Shown in pieces: positions 17,510 through 26,917 of a DNA stretch of 64,000 bases. Position 1 is the stretch's first letter; every line of letters begins with the position of its first letter. The translations under genes were made by a program, and so were the position numbers. The DNA is from Terriglobia bacterium (GTDB lineage Bacteria > Acidobacteriota > Terriglobia > UBA7540): NCBI GenBank assembly GCA_035934315.1, contig DASYXZ010000090.1:2742-66741 (forward strand). Reading direction: 5' to 3'. Below the pieces are notes generated by a model, which was not told the origin of the DNA, ran no database searches, and was given only the letters and a program-made list of their open reading frames with translations.

Positions 17510-18058
17510 ATGCCGATTGAACTCGATCTGAGTACTGCACTCTTAAACGGCAAGGACGTTCGAATGAGAGAGGTTTCTATCCGCGGCCTCGAGCATGTTT
17601 TTCTAAATGAAAAGGCGAGAATAGCGCTCAATCCGTCAACGACAGTCTATCGGGTCCATTATTTTACGCCCGTGCCCGAAGGCACGAGCGGTGGTTTGTT
17701 TTGCGGATTGACGGTCATCCAGCCTGGAATGGTCGATGACGAATACTTCATGACGCGGGGCCACCTGCATGCGAACCGGGAGCGCGGGGAATGTTACTTG
17801 ACCATTGCCGGCGAGGGAGCATTACTGCTCATGGACGAGGGCCGACGAACCTGGTTTGAGGCTATGAAGCCCGGCACCATCCACTACATTCCAGGCCACA
17901 CGGCCCACCGCGTCGCAAATACGGGTCTCACGTCGCTTTCTTTCTTCGCGTGCTGGCCCAGCGATGCCGGCCACGATTACGAAAGTATTGCGAGATGCGG
18001 ATTCAGCGCTCGTCTGCGCAAAATAAATGGACAGCCAAAACTGGTGGAGGCGCCATGA
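17510..18058 (+). CDS. Cupin-type glucose-6-phosphate isomerase (archaeal-type cPGI family)
   Basis: The segments GLTVIQPGMVDDEYFMTRGHLHANRERGECYLTIAGEGALLL..PGTIHYIPGHTAHRVANTGLTSLSFFACWPSDAGHDYESI match the cPGI signature (TxGHxH...E.Y / HR..N / AGHDY). The start ATG 17510 is preceded by AAGGA. ATG 17495 and TTG 17468 are also in frame. Confidence 0.75.
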   Translation: MPIELDLSTALLNGKDVRMREVSIRGLEHVFLNEKARIALNPSTTVYRVHYFTPVPEGTSGGLFCGLTVIQPGMVDDEYFMTRGHLHANRERGECYLTIAGEGALLLMDEGRRTWFEAMKPGTIHYIPGHTAHRVANTGLTSLSFFACWPSDAGHDYESIARCGFSARLRKINGQPKLVEAP

Positions 18059-18996
18059 AGGCTCTCGCTCTGGATCTCGGAGGAGGTCATGCCGCGTGTG
18101 CGGTTGTTGAAGACCGCACTCTAGTTGTCTCCGAGAGAATCGCTTTGCGAGAGTCCACCAACCTCGGTTGTGTGTTGCCTCATGTCACAGAATGCCTGAA
18201 GAGGTTACTACAGGACTGCCGGATGCAGGCCTCTGAGTGCTCGGGCGTCAGCGTTAGTTTCTGCGGCATCGTGTCCCCGTATCCCGCACAAATCCTCTCG
18301 ACGCTGGGGAAGTATGTGGATGGTCCGGGCTTGGATCTCCCTCTCTGGGCGAAGAACGCTTTTGGCATCCCGATGGTAATCGAGAATGACGCGCGCATGG
18401 CGCTGTTAGGTGAATGGTACGCAGGCTCAGTGCAAGGCTTTGAGGATGCCGTGATGATTACGCTCGGTACCGGCATCGGCGGAGCGGCGATGGTTGGGGG
18501 CCGCTTGCTCCGGGGCAAACACTTCCAGGCGGGTTGTTTGGGTGGCCATTTGACGGTCGCTTATGGTGGCCGCGAATGCAAGTGCGGCAACATCGGTTGC
18601 GCGGAGGCGGAAGCGTCTACCTGGGCTCTTCCTGCGATCTGCCGTGAGTGGCCCGGTTTCGAATCCAGCTCTCTGGCGCGCGAAGAGGTAATCGACTTTG
18701 CCATTTTGTTTCGTCACGCTACGGCAGGAGATCGAGTGGCCTGCGAAGTCCGTGACCGATGTTTACGGGTATGGTCCTCGTGCGCCGTATCGATGGCTCA
18801 TGCGTACAGCCCTGAGGTCATTGCATTGGGCGGAGGGGTGCTGGAAAGCGCGTCCGAAATCCTTCCAGTGATCGAGCCCTGGGTGCAAGACCACGTTTGG
18901 TCACCGTGGGGGCTGGTTCAAGTGCGGCGCGCGAAACTAGGTGAGGAAGCCGCACTCTTGGGCGCCGTCCCACTTCTTCAAACTATTCTCAAATGA
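18055..18996 (+). CDS. ROK-family sugar kinase (glucokinase/mannokinase-like)
   Basis: It has MKALALDLGGGH, ENDARMA, LGTGIGGA and the ROK zinc motif GHLTVAYGGRECKCGNIGCAEAE. The start ATG 18055 overlaps the upstream stop in an ATGA (18055-18058). Confidence 0.85.
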   Translation: MKALALDLGGGHAACAVVEDRTLVVSERIALRESTNLGCVLPHVTECLKRLLQDCRMQASECSGVSVSFCGIVSPYPAQILSTLGKYVDGPGLDLPLWAKNAFGIPMVIENDARMALLGEWYAGSVQGFEDAVMITLGTGIGGAAMVGGRLLRGKHFQAGCLGGHLTVAYGGRECKCGNIGCAEAEASTWALPAICREWPGFESSSLAREEVIDFAILFRHATAGDRVACEVRDRCLRVWSSCAVSMAHAYSPEVIALGGGVLESASEILPVIEPWVQDHVWSPWGLVQVRRAKLGEEAALLGAVPLLQTILK

Positions 18997-20750
18997 ACAC
19001 TGTCGCCAATTACGACAAAACGCCGACCATCACAGTGAGTTCAGACCCGTCGGAATGCGCCTTGGGATGGGACGAGGTGGCGGATCGCTTGCGGGGTTTT
19101 CTTCCCGCCGGCCGATGTGTTCTTTGCATTGAAACCTATCCCGGAGTCTTTGAACGCGAAATCGAACAGGCGCTCGCGCGGCGTCTTCGGCCCGTGCAGA
19201 TCCTGCGCTCCCAGTGCTGCTATAAGCCTTCGGCGGAAATTAATCAGATCGCAGCGCCGTTTCTGACGGACGATCCAGTTTTCGGCCGGATGAGCTACCT
19301 TGAGCTCACGGATTATATTGATCCCAATCGTCTCGCCGCCGCCCGCCAAACAGTCAGCGAGTGGTCACGAGGATTGCTGTTGGTGATTGGAACCGGCGCT
19401 GCGGTGATTTCACCAAACGCCGACGTGCTCGTTTACGCTGACCTGGCGCGCTGGGAAATCCAGCAGCGCCAGAGGCGGGGCCAAATCTCCAGTTTGGGCG
19501 TGAACGACGCCGGAGCCAAGCCGTCTGTGCTTTACAAAAGAGGTTTCTTTCTGGATTGGCGTCTCGCCGACAACCTGAAGCGCGCTTTGCTGCCCCGCAT
19601 CAACTTCTTGCTGGATACCAATGACATGCGAACCCCGAAGATAATCAGCGGCGAAGCGCTGCACCGCGCGCTTCGCAAAACGGTCGAGCGCCCGTTCCGC
19701 CTGGTCCCCTTTTTTGATCCTGGTCCATGGGGGGGGCAGTGGATACGAAAGGTCTGCGCGTTGAATGGTGATGCGCCCAACTACGCCTGGTGCTTCGATT
19801 GTGTTCCCGAGGAGAATAGTTTGCTGTTGGGTTTTGGGAATCGACGCATGGAGATTCCTGCGGTTGACCTCGTATTCACTCATCCGCGAGAGCTGCTTGG
19901 GGATGCCGTCCATGCGCGGTTTGGGGCGGAATTTCCCATCCGCTTTGATTTCCTCGATACGATGGACGGGGGAAATCTGTCGCTTCAGGTTCATCCCACT
20001 ACGGAGTACATTCGCAGCCATTTCGGCCTGTACTATACCCAGGATGAAAGCTATTACATTCTTGACGCAGATCAAGGAGCGGCCGTGTATTTGGGATTGA
20101 AGGATGAGGTTAATCCGGAATCCATGTTGCGTGATCTGGAATTGGCTGAAAATCCCGATTGCGCGTTCCCAGCCGATCGGTATGTCAACCAGTTTCCGGC
20201 GCACAAGCACGATCACTTCCTCATTCCCGCGGGGACCGTCCACTGCTCGGGACGGAACTGCATGGTTCTGGAGATTAGCGCCACACCCTACATTTTCACG
20301 TTTAAGCTTTGGGACTGGGGTCGGCTGGGTTTGGATGGAGAGCCACGCCCGATCCATATCGATCACGGCAAAAGAAACATTCAGTGGGATCGGCGCACGC
20401 GGTGGGTGAAGGGAAATCTGTTGAACCAAATCCAACCCCTCAGCTCGGGTGAAGGTTGGTTGGAAGAAAGGACAGGTCTCCACGAGATGGAATTCATTGA
20501 AACGCGGAGGTGCTGGTTTACAGGTAAGATAATCCACCATACTCGTGGTGGAGTGAACGTCCTCAACCTGGTCGAAGGTGATGAAGCGGTTGTGGAGAGC
20601 CCCGGGCACGCGTTTGAACCTTTCGTCGTCCATTACGCCGAAACTTTCGTGGTGCCGGCGGCGGTCGGTCCCTACACCATAACCCCTTTCGGATCTGCGC
20701 AGGGCAAACGATGTGCGACGATCAAAGCCTTTGTCAGGACGAGCGCATGA
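18993..20750 (+). CDS. Class I mannose-6-phosphate isomerase-like cupin protein with ~230-aa N-terminal extension
   Basis: The C-terminal ~350 aa carry PMI-type motifs: PWGGQW, LSLQVHP, YTQDESYYIL, IPAGTVHCSG, VLEISATPYIFTFKLWDWGR. I did not recognise the N-terminal 230 aa. The start overlaps the ROK stop in an ATGA (18993-18996). Confidence 0.75.
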   Translation: MNTVANYDKTPTITVSSDPSECALGWDEVADRLRGFLPAGRCVLCIETYPGVFEREIEQALARRLRPVQILRSQCCYKPSAEINQIAAPFLTDDPVFGRMSYLELTDYIDPNRLAAARQTVSEWSRGLLLVIGTGAAVISPNADVLVYADLARWEIQQRQRRGQISSLGVNDAGAKPSVLYKRGFFLDWRLADNLKRALLPRINFLLDTNDMRTPKIISGEALHRALRKTVERPFRLVPFFDPGPWGGQWIRKVCALNGDAPNYAWCFDCVPEENSLLLGFGNRRMEIPAVDLVFTHPRELLGDAVHARFGAEFPIRFDFLDTMDGGNLSLQVHPTTEYIRSHFGLYYTQDESYYILDADQGAAVYLGLKDEVNPESMLRDLELAENPDCAFPADRYVNQFPAHKHDHFLIPAGTVHCSGRNCMVLEISATPYIFTFKLWDWGRLGLDGEPRPIHIDHGKRNIQWDRRTRWVKGNLLNQIQPLSSGEGWLEERTGLHEMEFIETRRCWFTGKIIHHTRGGVNVLNLVEGDEAVVESPGHAFEPFVVHYAETFVVPAAVGPYTITPFGSAQGKRCATIKAFVRTSA

Positions 20751-21523
20751 GATTTGACCCTGCTCTCGACGTCAAGATTACCCGGCAACCGATGGGTTTC
20801 GAGTACGGCCTCCACGTCTTTGGCCCCAAAACCGAATACCGAAGCCTCGACGCGATCCGATGGGGTTTGTTCAACCCGGCTTGCCAGGGCCCCGATCCTG
20901 TTTACGCCATCGCCATGGGTGTGGGTAAGGAGGACCAACGCGAAGAGCTTTGCCGGCGGAACCTACTGTTTGGAGTTGTCACTTACGCAGCCGGACGGCT
21001 GGGCGGCGAACCGGTGCGAAGCCCGGGGCATCTCCACAAGGTTTCACGCCATAATAATTGTTCTGCCCCGGAGATATTTGAAATCTGGGAGGGGTGCGCA
21101 GTCATTTACATGCAGGAATTCGCGGCCCATAACGCCGGACGTTGTTTTGAGGTAGAAGCGAAAGCCGGAGACGTCGTCGTTGTGCCGCCGGCATGGGCAC
21201 ATGCCGCCATCAGCACCGACCCGACTGACCCGCTGACTTTCGGTGCATGGTGCGACCGTGATTACGGATTTGTGTATGACGAACTGCGAGCTCGGAAAGG
21301 ACTTGCCTGGTATCCAGTTTTGGAGAACGGATCCTTGCAATGGCAAAGGAACACACGATACCAGGAAAGCCGACTCGAGATCGTTGCCGCAAGAACCTAT
21401 CCCGAACTTGGTTTGCCAGGCCGCAAGCCGATTTATGCGCGCTTTGAAGATTCCCCCGAGTCTGTGCAGTGGGTTTCTGAGCCGCAGCTTGTCCGAAGTG
21501 TTTGGCCGCAATTCCATCCATGA
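20747..21523 (+). CDS. Cupin-fold protein, putative second sugar(-phosphate) isomerase related to cPGI
   Basis: The segment SPGHLHKV...PEIFEIWEGCAVIYMQ...AKAGDVVVVPPAWAHAAISTDPTDPLTF has a cupin two-motif layout. The start ATG 20747 overlaps the upstream stop in an ATGA (20747-20750). ATG 20711 is an in-frame alternative. Confidence 0.5.
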   Translation: MRFDPALDVKITRQPMGFEYGLHVFGPKTEYRSLDAIRWGLFNPACQGPDPVYAIAMGVGKEDQREELCRRNLLFGVVTYAAGRLGGEPVRSPGHLHKVSRHNNCSAPEIFEIWEGCAVIYMQEFAAHNAGRCFEVEAKAGDVVVVPPAWAHAAISTDPTDPLTFGAWCDRDYGFVYDELRARKGLAWYPVLENGSLQWQRNTRYQESRLEIVAARTYPELGLPGRKPIYARFEDSPESVQWVSEPQLVRSVWPQFHP

Positions 21524-21542
21524 ATCAGGAGCCAACCCAATC

Positions 21543-22925
21543 GTGAGGCAGGCATCAGCGGTCGAGGGAGATGCGAAGGAAAGAGGAGCACGGACTTACG
21601 TGTATCTGGTCTCGGCGGTGGCAGCGCTGGGAGGTTTGCTTTTCGGTTTTGACACTGCAGTCATCAACGGGGCTATTGTCTTTCTAAGACGAGACTTTCA
21701 CCTTTCGGATTTTCAGACTGAATGGGCCGCCGGCAGTCTACTGCTGGGGTGCGTGATTGGCGCTTTCGCTGGTGGAAGCCTCAGTGATCGGTTGGGAAGG
21801 AAGAAACTCCTTCTGGCCGCCGCGTCGATTTTCGTTCTTTCCGCATTCGGAGCCGCTTTACCGAAAAACCTGGCCGAGTTTATCGCTGCCCGCCTCCTGG
21901 GAGGTCTGGCAATCGGAGTGGTGTCCGCGCTGTCGCCGCTTTACATTGCTGAAATTTCGCCTCCTTCCATTCGCGGCCGCCTTGTCACCCTGAATCAGCT
22001 TGCGATTGTTACGGGCATTCTCTGCGCGTTCTTTATAAACTGGCTTCTTGCCAGTCTCGGCCCTCATAGCTGGCGTTGGATGTTCATGGCCGCTAGTGTG
22101 CCCTCGCTGGTTTTCTTCTTCAGTCTCCTAGCCGTTCCGGAGAGCCCTCGGTGGCTGATCCAACGGTCGAGACTTAAGGAAGCGGTCACCATCCTGAGCT
22201 GGTTATGTGGAGACGAGCAAGCTCCATTGCAAGTCGAGGAGATCCGCAAGACCATCGCGGAGGAACAGGCCTATTCACTGTCAGCACTGCTTCGCCCGCC
22301 GCTCCGCCATCCTACAATGATTGCTGTAACTCTGGCGGTGTTGTCTCAAGTGACGGGAATTAATACCATCATGTATTACGGCTCCGTCATCTTCACCGAA
22401 CAGGTCAAGAGCCAGGGGGCCTTTTCCGCGCTTGGTGCCAACGTGATCATTGGCGCTGTGAACTTCGCCGGAACCATCCTGGCCCTCCTTTTTATTGATC
22501 GGCTCGGCAGAAAGCCGTTGTTGATGTTCTCGGCAGGAGGAATGGGAATTTCCCTCACTGCGATCGGATTCGCCTTTCTGGTCCACCCCGCCCCTTCGAC
22601 CCTGATTCTTGGGCTGATTCTTTCATACGTCGCGTGTTTCGCCGTGGGCCTGGGACCCGGGTCGTGGCTCTTGATGTCTGAATTATTCCCGACTCCGGTT
22701 CGTGGACGCGCCATGTCAATTGCCACGCTCAGTCTTTGGGTGGCCTGCCTGGTTGTCACGCTGACCTTTCTTTCTCTCGTCTCACTCCTGGGAGCTTCCG
22801 AGGCCTTTGGGATATACGCTCTTCTTTGTGCGGTGGCGTTCTTTTTTGTCTGGAAATTCACCCCGGAAACAAAAGGAAAGGCACTCGAACAGATCGAGCG
22901 GCTCTGGGTCGGCCACCAGGGCTGA
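21543..22925 (+). CDS. MFS sugar-porter-family transporter
   Basis: It has GGLLFGFDTAVINGA, LGRKKLLLAAASIF, VPESPRWL and the C-terminal PETKGKALEQIE. The ORF is open from 21243, but that part overlaps the preceding gene. The first plausible start after stop 21523 is GTG 21543, with AGGAG 12 nt upstream. The exact start is uncertain. Confidence 0.85.
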   Translation: MRQASAVEGDAKERGARTYVYLVSAVAALGGLLFGFDTAVINGAIVFLRRDFHLSDFQTEWAAGSLLLGCVIGAFAGGSLSDRLGRKKLLLAAASIFVLSAFGAALPKNLAEFIAARLLGGLAIGVVSALSPLYIAEISPPSIRGRLVTLNQLAIVTGILCAFFINWLLASLGPHSWRWMFMAASVPSLVFFFSLLAVPESPRWLIQRSRLKEAVTILSWLCGDEQAPLQVEEIRKTIAEEQAYSLSALLRPPLRHPTMIAVTLAVLSQVTGINTIMYYGSVIFTEQVKSQGAFSALGANVIIGAVNFAGTILALLFIDRLGRKPLLMFSAGGMGISLTAIGFAFLVHPAPSTLILGLILSYVACFAVGLGPGSWLLMSELFPTPVRGRAMSIATLSLWVACLVVTLTFLSLVSLLGASEAFGIYALLCAVAFFFVWKFTPETKGKALEQIERLWVGHQG

Positions 22926-23181
22926 GGTCCGGCTCGCGTCGTTCACCGACTTGTACGGTCCAGACCTGGCCAAGCTCGAAGTTCGAGCCTTGGTCGATCG
23001 CCCAGATGCTTTGAGAGTTTGTCCCGAAAAACTTGGCGTACTGCTGCTGCGGAAGAGCCGAATGGAGCTCAGCCACGTTGCGGACAAAGATACCTTTGAA
23101 CTGCACCCCGCCGCCACCGCACGAGGCAAGAAAAGAAACGCACAAAACAAGAATGAAGCGCCTTTTGAAAGCGGCTCGCAT
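22858..23181 (-). CDS. Hypothetical small lipoprotein ORF; possibly a remnant (signal peptide fused to a glycosidase C-terminal-like piece)
   Basis: It begins MRAAFKRRFILVLCVSFLASC (lipobox LASC). The following segment FKGIFVRNVAELHSAL..YAKFFGTNSQSIWAIDQG reminds me of the C-terminal end of GH76-type enzymes. There is no clear SD. The 3' end overlaps the convergent MFS gene by 68 nt. Support is weak. Confidence 0.25.
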   Translation of the reverse strand: MRAAFKRRFILVLCVSFLASCGGGGVQFKGIFVRNVAELHSALPQQQYAKFFGTNSQSIWAIDQGSNFELGQVWTVQVGERREPDLSPGGRPRAARSVRVPFLLFPG

Positions 23182-23194
23182 CTGCGGTCGATGC

Positions 23195-23224
23195 GGAAGG
23201 GGCGATTCGTGAATCGCCCCTTCC
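23195..23224 (-). terminator. GC-rich perfect palindrome GGAAGGGGCGATTC..GAATCGCCCCTTCC immediately downstream of receptor 2
   Basis: This 30-nt palindrome starts 7 nt beyond the receptor 2 stop (23231-23233). It has no U-tract and is a possible factor-independent terminator or RNA-stability hairpin. Confidence 0.45.
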
Positions 23225-23230
23225 GCAATG

Positions 23231-26200
23231 CTAAAAGAAAAACTTCAGCGAAACCTGCATGATCCTCGGGAAATTGTTCTGGTACGCTCTGATTGTGCCG
23301 AAGCCCGACCATTGAGCGCAACTCGGGATAGTTGTGGGTCCGCATATCTTGTCATGGGTGTTGGTGTCCGGCCCCGGAAAGAGCGGCGTGTTCATCAGGT
23401 TAAATGCGTCCCATCGCAACTGAAGCCGCTTCGATTCCGTCAGTTGGAATTCCTTTTGCATCGTCATGTCGAGGTTCGGGATGTAGGGCTGGCGCAGATA
23501 ACTCACCCGGTCCGGCTGGTTCCCCTGGCTAAGCAATGGCTGGTTGGTATAGCAGTTCTGGGGCTGCCCACTGCAGTTATAGACCCACTGCGAAAGGGTT
23601 GGCCCGCCGTCAGGCACCATGCTGTGGGTGGAGACGTGCCACCCGCCCGGGATGTCTTCTGGAAAGCCGGTTGAATCGGAGAAGATCCAGTTCATCCTCC
23701 AGTTATTCACCACCTCTCCCCACACGCCCGAAGCGTTGGAAATGAAACGGGAGCCCTTCCCGATCGGGAGGTCCCATTCGCCAGCGAAGGTCAAAACGTG
23801 TGTGCGGTCGTAGCTCATCAGCTGATAGATTCCGCGGGGGTCCTGCCAGGGCCAGCCGTTTCTATACTTGGTAAGCTGCATATTCTTCGAATAGGTGTAT
23901 GCGAGCTGGTAGCTCAATCCGTGGCCGCTCCGCTTGTCCATCTTCACTTGCAGGGAATCGTACCAACTCTTGCCAAAAGGATCGGTGAAATTGCCGACGG
24001 CCCCGGCGCCAAACTGGCTGAGCGCGGGCAGCAAATGTTCCGCGATGACCGTGGAGCTGTTTCCGATGCCGGTCGAGGTGGGCACGGCGCCGAAAAAGGG
24101 GTTGGGGACCTTTGCGTTGAGGTCACCGGCCAGGGTTGAGTTGTAGTTATTCTGCAGCAAGTCAAAATAACCGGAGTCCAGGGGCAACTGATTGATCCAG
24201 GTGTGGAAGCCCTGCGTGCGCAGCGCTCTTGCGTAATTGCCGGCGTACTTCACGCTCAGCACGGTGTTGTGGGGAAGTTGGTGCTGAAACCCGAACGACA
24301 TGATGGTTGAGCGCGGGATCTTGCGTTGCGGAAAATCGAGAGACATGCTATTGCCCACATTGGTCAGCAGGCCCGCGCTTGAGTCCGGTGGCTCTTGGGC
24401 GCCGAAGGGATAGGGCGTGCCGCTACGGAAAAGGTTGGAGGGGTCCACTGTGTTAGTGCCGGTAGCGAGGTACGGGGTGTTGATAGTGAAGCCGGTCCTT
24501 GTGCCGGCCTCTATGCCGTAAGCAAACACGTAGCCCCAGCCGCCACGAAGCACGGTCTTCGAGTTAATCGCGTAAGCGAATCCAATCCTGGGCGCAAGAT
24601 TACTCCAGTCTATATTGTAGGCATTCCGTGGCTGGCCATTCGTGCCAGCAAACAGAATCCCTCCATAAACGGTGCCGGGGTTAATCGCCGGGCCGAAGGT
24701 AACGCCGAGGTCGGTCTGAATCGCCTGCGTTGCCGCCTGCCAAGCGGCAATGTTCTTCGGGTTGGTGATGTTAGCTTGATAAATGGGATTATTCGTGAGC
24801 GGGTTGACGCAGGTCAGGCACATGCCGCGATTGAGGCCATTGAAGCGGTCTACCACGCCGCCCAGCACGTCGTACCGCAAGCCGATATTCAGCGTCAGGC
24901 GGCGGCTGGCCCTCCAATTGTCCTGGGCGTAAATCGCCCATTCGGGAATGGTCTCATACAGTGTGTGCTGCCAGTCTACACCGCCGCTGGTAGGATATCC
25001 CAGCAGGAGGGAGGCGGCGCCAAAGCCGTCGGTTTTTCCCCTGGCCGTGGGGTTATTCTGAGTGGGGCCGTCGCCGAAACTGAAAGTTCCGTTGGGATGT
25101 CCGACATCGAAAGGATTGGCGAAATTCCATCGGCCCAGCTCGCCTCCAAACTCGATGCTGTGCGCCCCATGAATTTTTGTGAAGTCCACATCGAGCACCA
25201 TGGTCTGGTTCATCTGCGCGGTCAGCCCGTTGCCAATGATGGTTGCCTCGTTGTCGGCAACACTAACCTCGGGCAGCACATCTCTCGATGCGATGCCAAC
25301 GTGAGGCATGGTGAGCCCGATTGAGGCGGGAGTGGGCAAGACAGGATTCCCGTTCGGGAAACGCTGTGAGTAACGCGTAAAGGAAAGCTTGAAGTCGCCC
25401 ACCATGGTTGGCGAAAAGACATGAGTCAAATCCTGACTGATGACGATGTTCGTCCGCATGGAATGGATGTCGCCACGCATCGCCGGCCCGACGAAGCCGC
25501 TCGAATCGCGCAACTCGTGCCCCTTTTGCCACTCAAACGAGCTGTACATCTTTGTCCGGTCGCTGAGGCTGTAGTCCACACGGCCCATCGGCTGGTAATA
25601 ATCGTAGGCGTCCGGGTTCCTCGCAATGTAGTTGTTGGTGAGCGAGTTGATGTTGGTATTGGGCAACGGGTAGTAATTCAGGATCACGGCACCCGTGGCA
25701 TTAATGCCGGGAATCGTGACGCCGTTCACGACTTGGGTGGTCGCCGGAATGCTGTCATTCGGGAACGGTTGGCGCGAGTAGTTATTGTTCTTGCAGTTTC
25801 CGACGGTACCCCCTGGGGAGTTGCAGACTGTGGTGAGGGGGTTGTAAATGGTGAATCCGGTTTTCGTAAAATCAACGCCTTGGCCGGACTGCGGGTGCAA
25901 ATAGGCCGGCGGCACGGTGGTGAGCACGGTGAAGGGGATATGTTCCCAATAGCCCTCGAAGCTGCCGAAGAAGAAGAGCTTATCGTGTTTGATCGGCCCG
26001 CCCAACGTCCCGCCATACTGGTGCTGGATCTTGTTCGCTGTCGGGAGACCAGCGATGTTGCTCTCAAAGTCGTTGGCGTTCAGCGCCCCGTTTTCGAGGT
26101 ATTCGAAAATGTCGCCGTGATAGCGGTTATTCCCGGACTTGGTGACGATGTTCATGGACCCGCCAGCCGAGTGGCCGTACTTGGCGTCATAAGTGTTCGA

Positions 26201-26917
26201 CTGGACGTTCACTTCTTGAATGGCGTCAACGCTCGGGGCCGTCTCCCAGCTGCCTTCTTCCCCGAAACCACCCATCATCGAGATGTTCGTGCCATTCAGC
26301 GTGAAGCTGTTGTAGCCCTGCACGCCGCCGCCTATCGAATAATTGTTCGATACGTCCCAGCCCCGCGTTCCTGAGTATCCGGAGGCTCCGAATTGCTGCT
26401 GGATAAACTGCGATCCGGGTGTTGTCCCGAGCAGCATATAGATTTGGCGTCCGTTGAGCGGGATGTTTTCGATTTCGCGTCCAGTCAGAACGTTTGCACT
26501 GGAGCCGCTGGCCGTGTTGATCTGCGTCGGGGCGGCGGTGACCGTGACTTCCTGGGACACGGCGCCAACTTGAAGTTGAAAATTTAATCCATAGCTCTGA
26601 GAGGCCTGCAACAAAACCTTCTCCTGCACGCGAGTCTTGAATCCCGTGGCCTTGACCGTCACGGTGTAAAGGCCCGGAAGCACATAAGGAATAAAATAGA
26701 CGCCCGAACTGTCTGTCTTTCCCGTATAAGTCTGGTGGGTGTCGTTCATGACGGCTGTAATCGTCGCGTCGGGAACGACAGCGCCCGAAGGGTCGGTGAC
26801 CTGCCCGGTCAGCGCAGAACGAAACTCCTGCGCGCCAGCGATTGAGGTAAACAGAAAAAAGCAGGCAAATCCAGCCCCGACAACGCGGAGCACTCTTGGC
26901 AGAGTCCGATTTCTCAT
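23231..26917 (-). CDS. TonB-dependent outer-membrane receptor with carboxypeptidase-regulatory-like domain (receptor 2)
   Basis: The start ATG 26917 (MRNRTLPRVLRVVGAGFACFFLFTSIAGAQ) is preceded by TAAGGAGAAT. It has GQVTDPSGAVVPDATITAV...SGVYFIPYVLPGLYT and the plug segment IPLNGRQIYMLLGTTPG. The C-terminus is ..RIMQVSLKFFF. Confidence 0.9.
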   Translation of the reverse strand: MRNRTLPRVLRVVGAGFACFFLFTSIAGAQEFRSALTGQVTDPSGAVVPDATITAVMNDTHQTYTGKTDSSGVYFIPYVLPGLYTVTVKATGFKTRVQEKVLLQASQSYGLNFQLQVGAVSQEVTVTAAPTQINTASGSSANVLTGREIENIPLNGRQIYMLLGTTPGSQFIQQQFGASGYSGTRGWDVSNNYSIGGGVQGYNSFTLNGTNISMMGGFGEEGSWETAPSVDAIQEVNVQSNTYDAKYGHSAGGSMNIVTKSGNNRYHGDIFEYLENGALNANDFESNIAGLPTANKIQHQYGGTLGGPIKHDKLFFFGSFEGYWEHIPFTVLTTVPPAYLHPQSGQGVDFTKTGFTIYNPLTTVCNSPGGTVGNCKNNNYSRQPFPNDSIPATTQVVNGVTIPGINATGAVILNYYPLPNTNINSLTNNYIARNPDAYDYYQPMGRVDYSLSDRTKMYSSFEWQKGHELRDSSGFVGPAMRGDIHSMRTNIVISQDLTHVFSPTMVGDFKLSFTRYSQRFPNGNPVLPTPASIGLTMPHVGIASRDVLPEVSVADNEATIIGNGLTAQMNQTMVLDVDFTKIHGAHSIEFGGELGRWNFANPFDVGHPNGTFSFGDGPTQNNPTARGKTDGFGAASLLLGYPTSGGVDWQHTLYETIPEWAIYAQDNWRASRRLTLNIGLRYDVLGGVVDRFNGLNRGMCLTCVNPLTNNPIYQANITNPKNIAAWQAATQAIQTDLGVTFGPAINPGTVYGGILFAGTNGQPRNAYNIDWSNLAPRIGFAYAINSKTVLRGGWGYVFAYGIEAGTRTGFTINTPYLATGTNTVDPSNLFRSGTPYPFGAQEPPDSSAGLLTNVGNSMSLDFPQRKIPRSTIMSFGFQHQLPHNTVLSVKYAGNYARALRTQGFHTWINQLPLDSGYFDLLQNNYNSTLAGDLNAKVPNPFFGAVPTSTGIGNSSTVIAEHLLPALSQFGAGAVGNFTDPFGKSWYDSLQVKMDKRSGHGLSYQLAYTYSKNMQLTKYRNGWPWQDPRGIYQLMSYDRTHVLTFAGEWDLPIGKGSRFISNASGVWGEVVNNWRMNWIFSDSTGFPEDIPGGWHVSTHSMVPDGGPTLSQWVYNCSGQPQNCYTNQPLLSQGNQPDRVSYLRQPYIPNLDMTMQKEFQLTESKRLQLRWDAFNLMNTPLFPGPDTNTHDKICGPTTIPSCAQWSGFGTIRAYQNNFPRIMQVSLKFFF

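Noticed and set aside
21520-21546. A fourth ATGA overlap (ATG 21520 overlapping stop 21521-21523), considered as the start of the MFS sugar porter.
   Set aside because: That ATG is out of frame with the transporter ORF and hits a stop after 8 codons (MNQEPTQS*). GTG 21543 is the first plausible in-frame start after the upstream stop.
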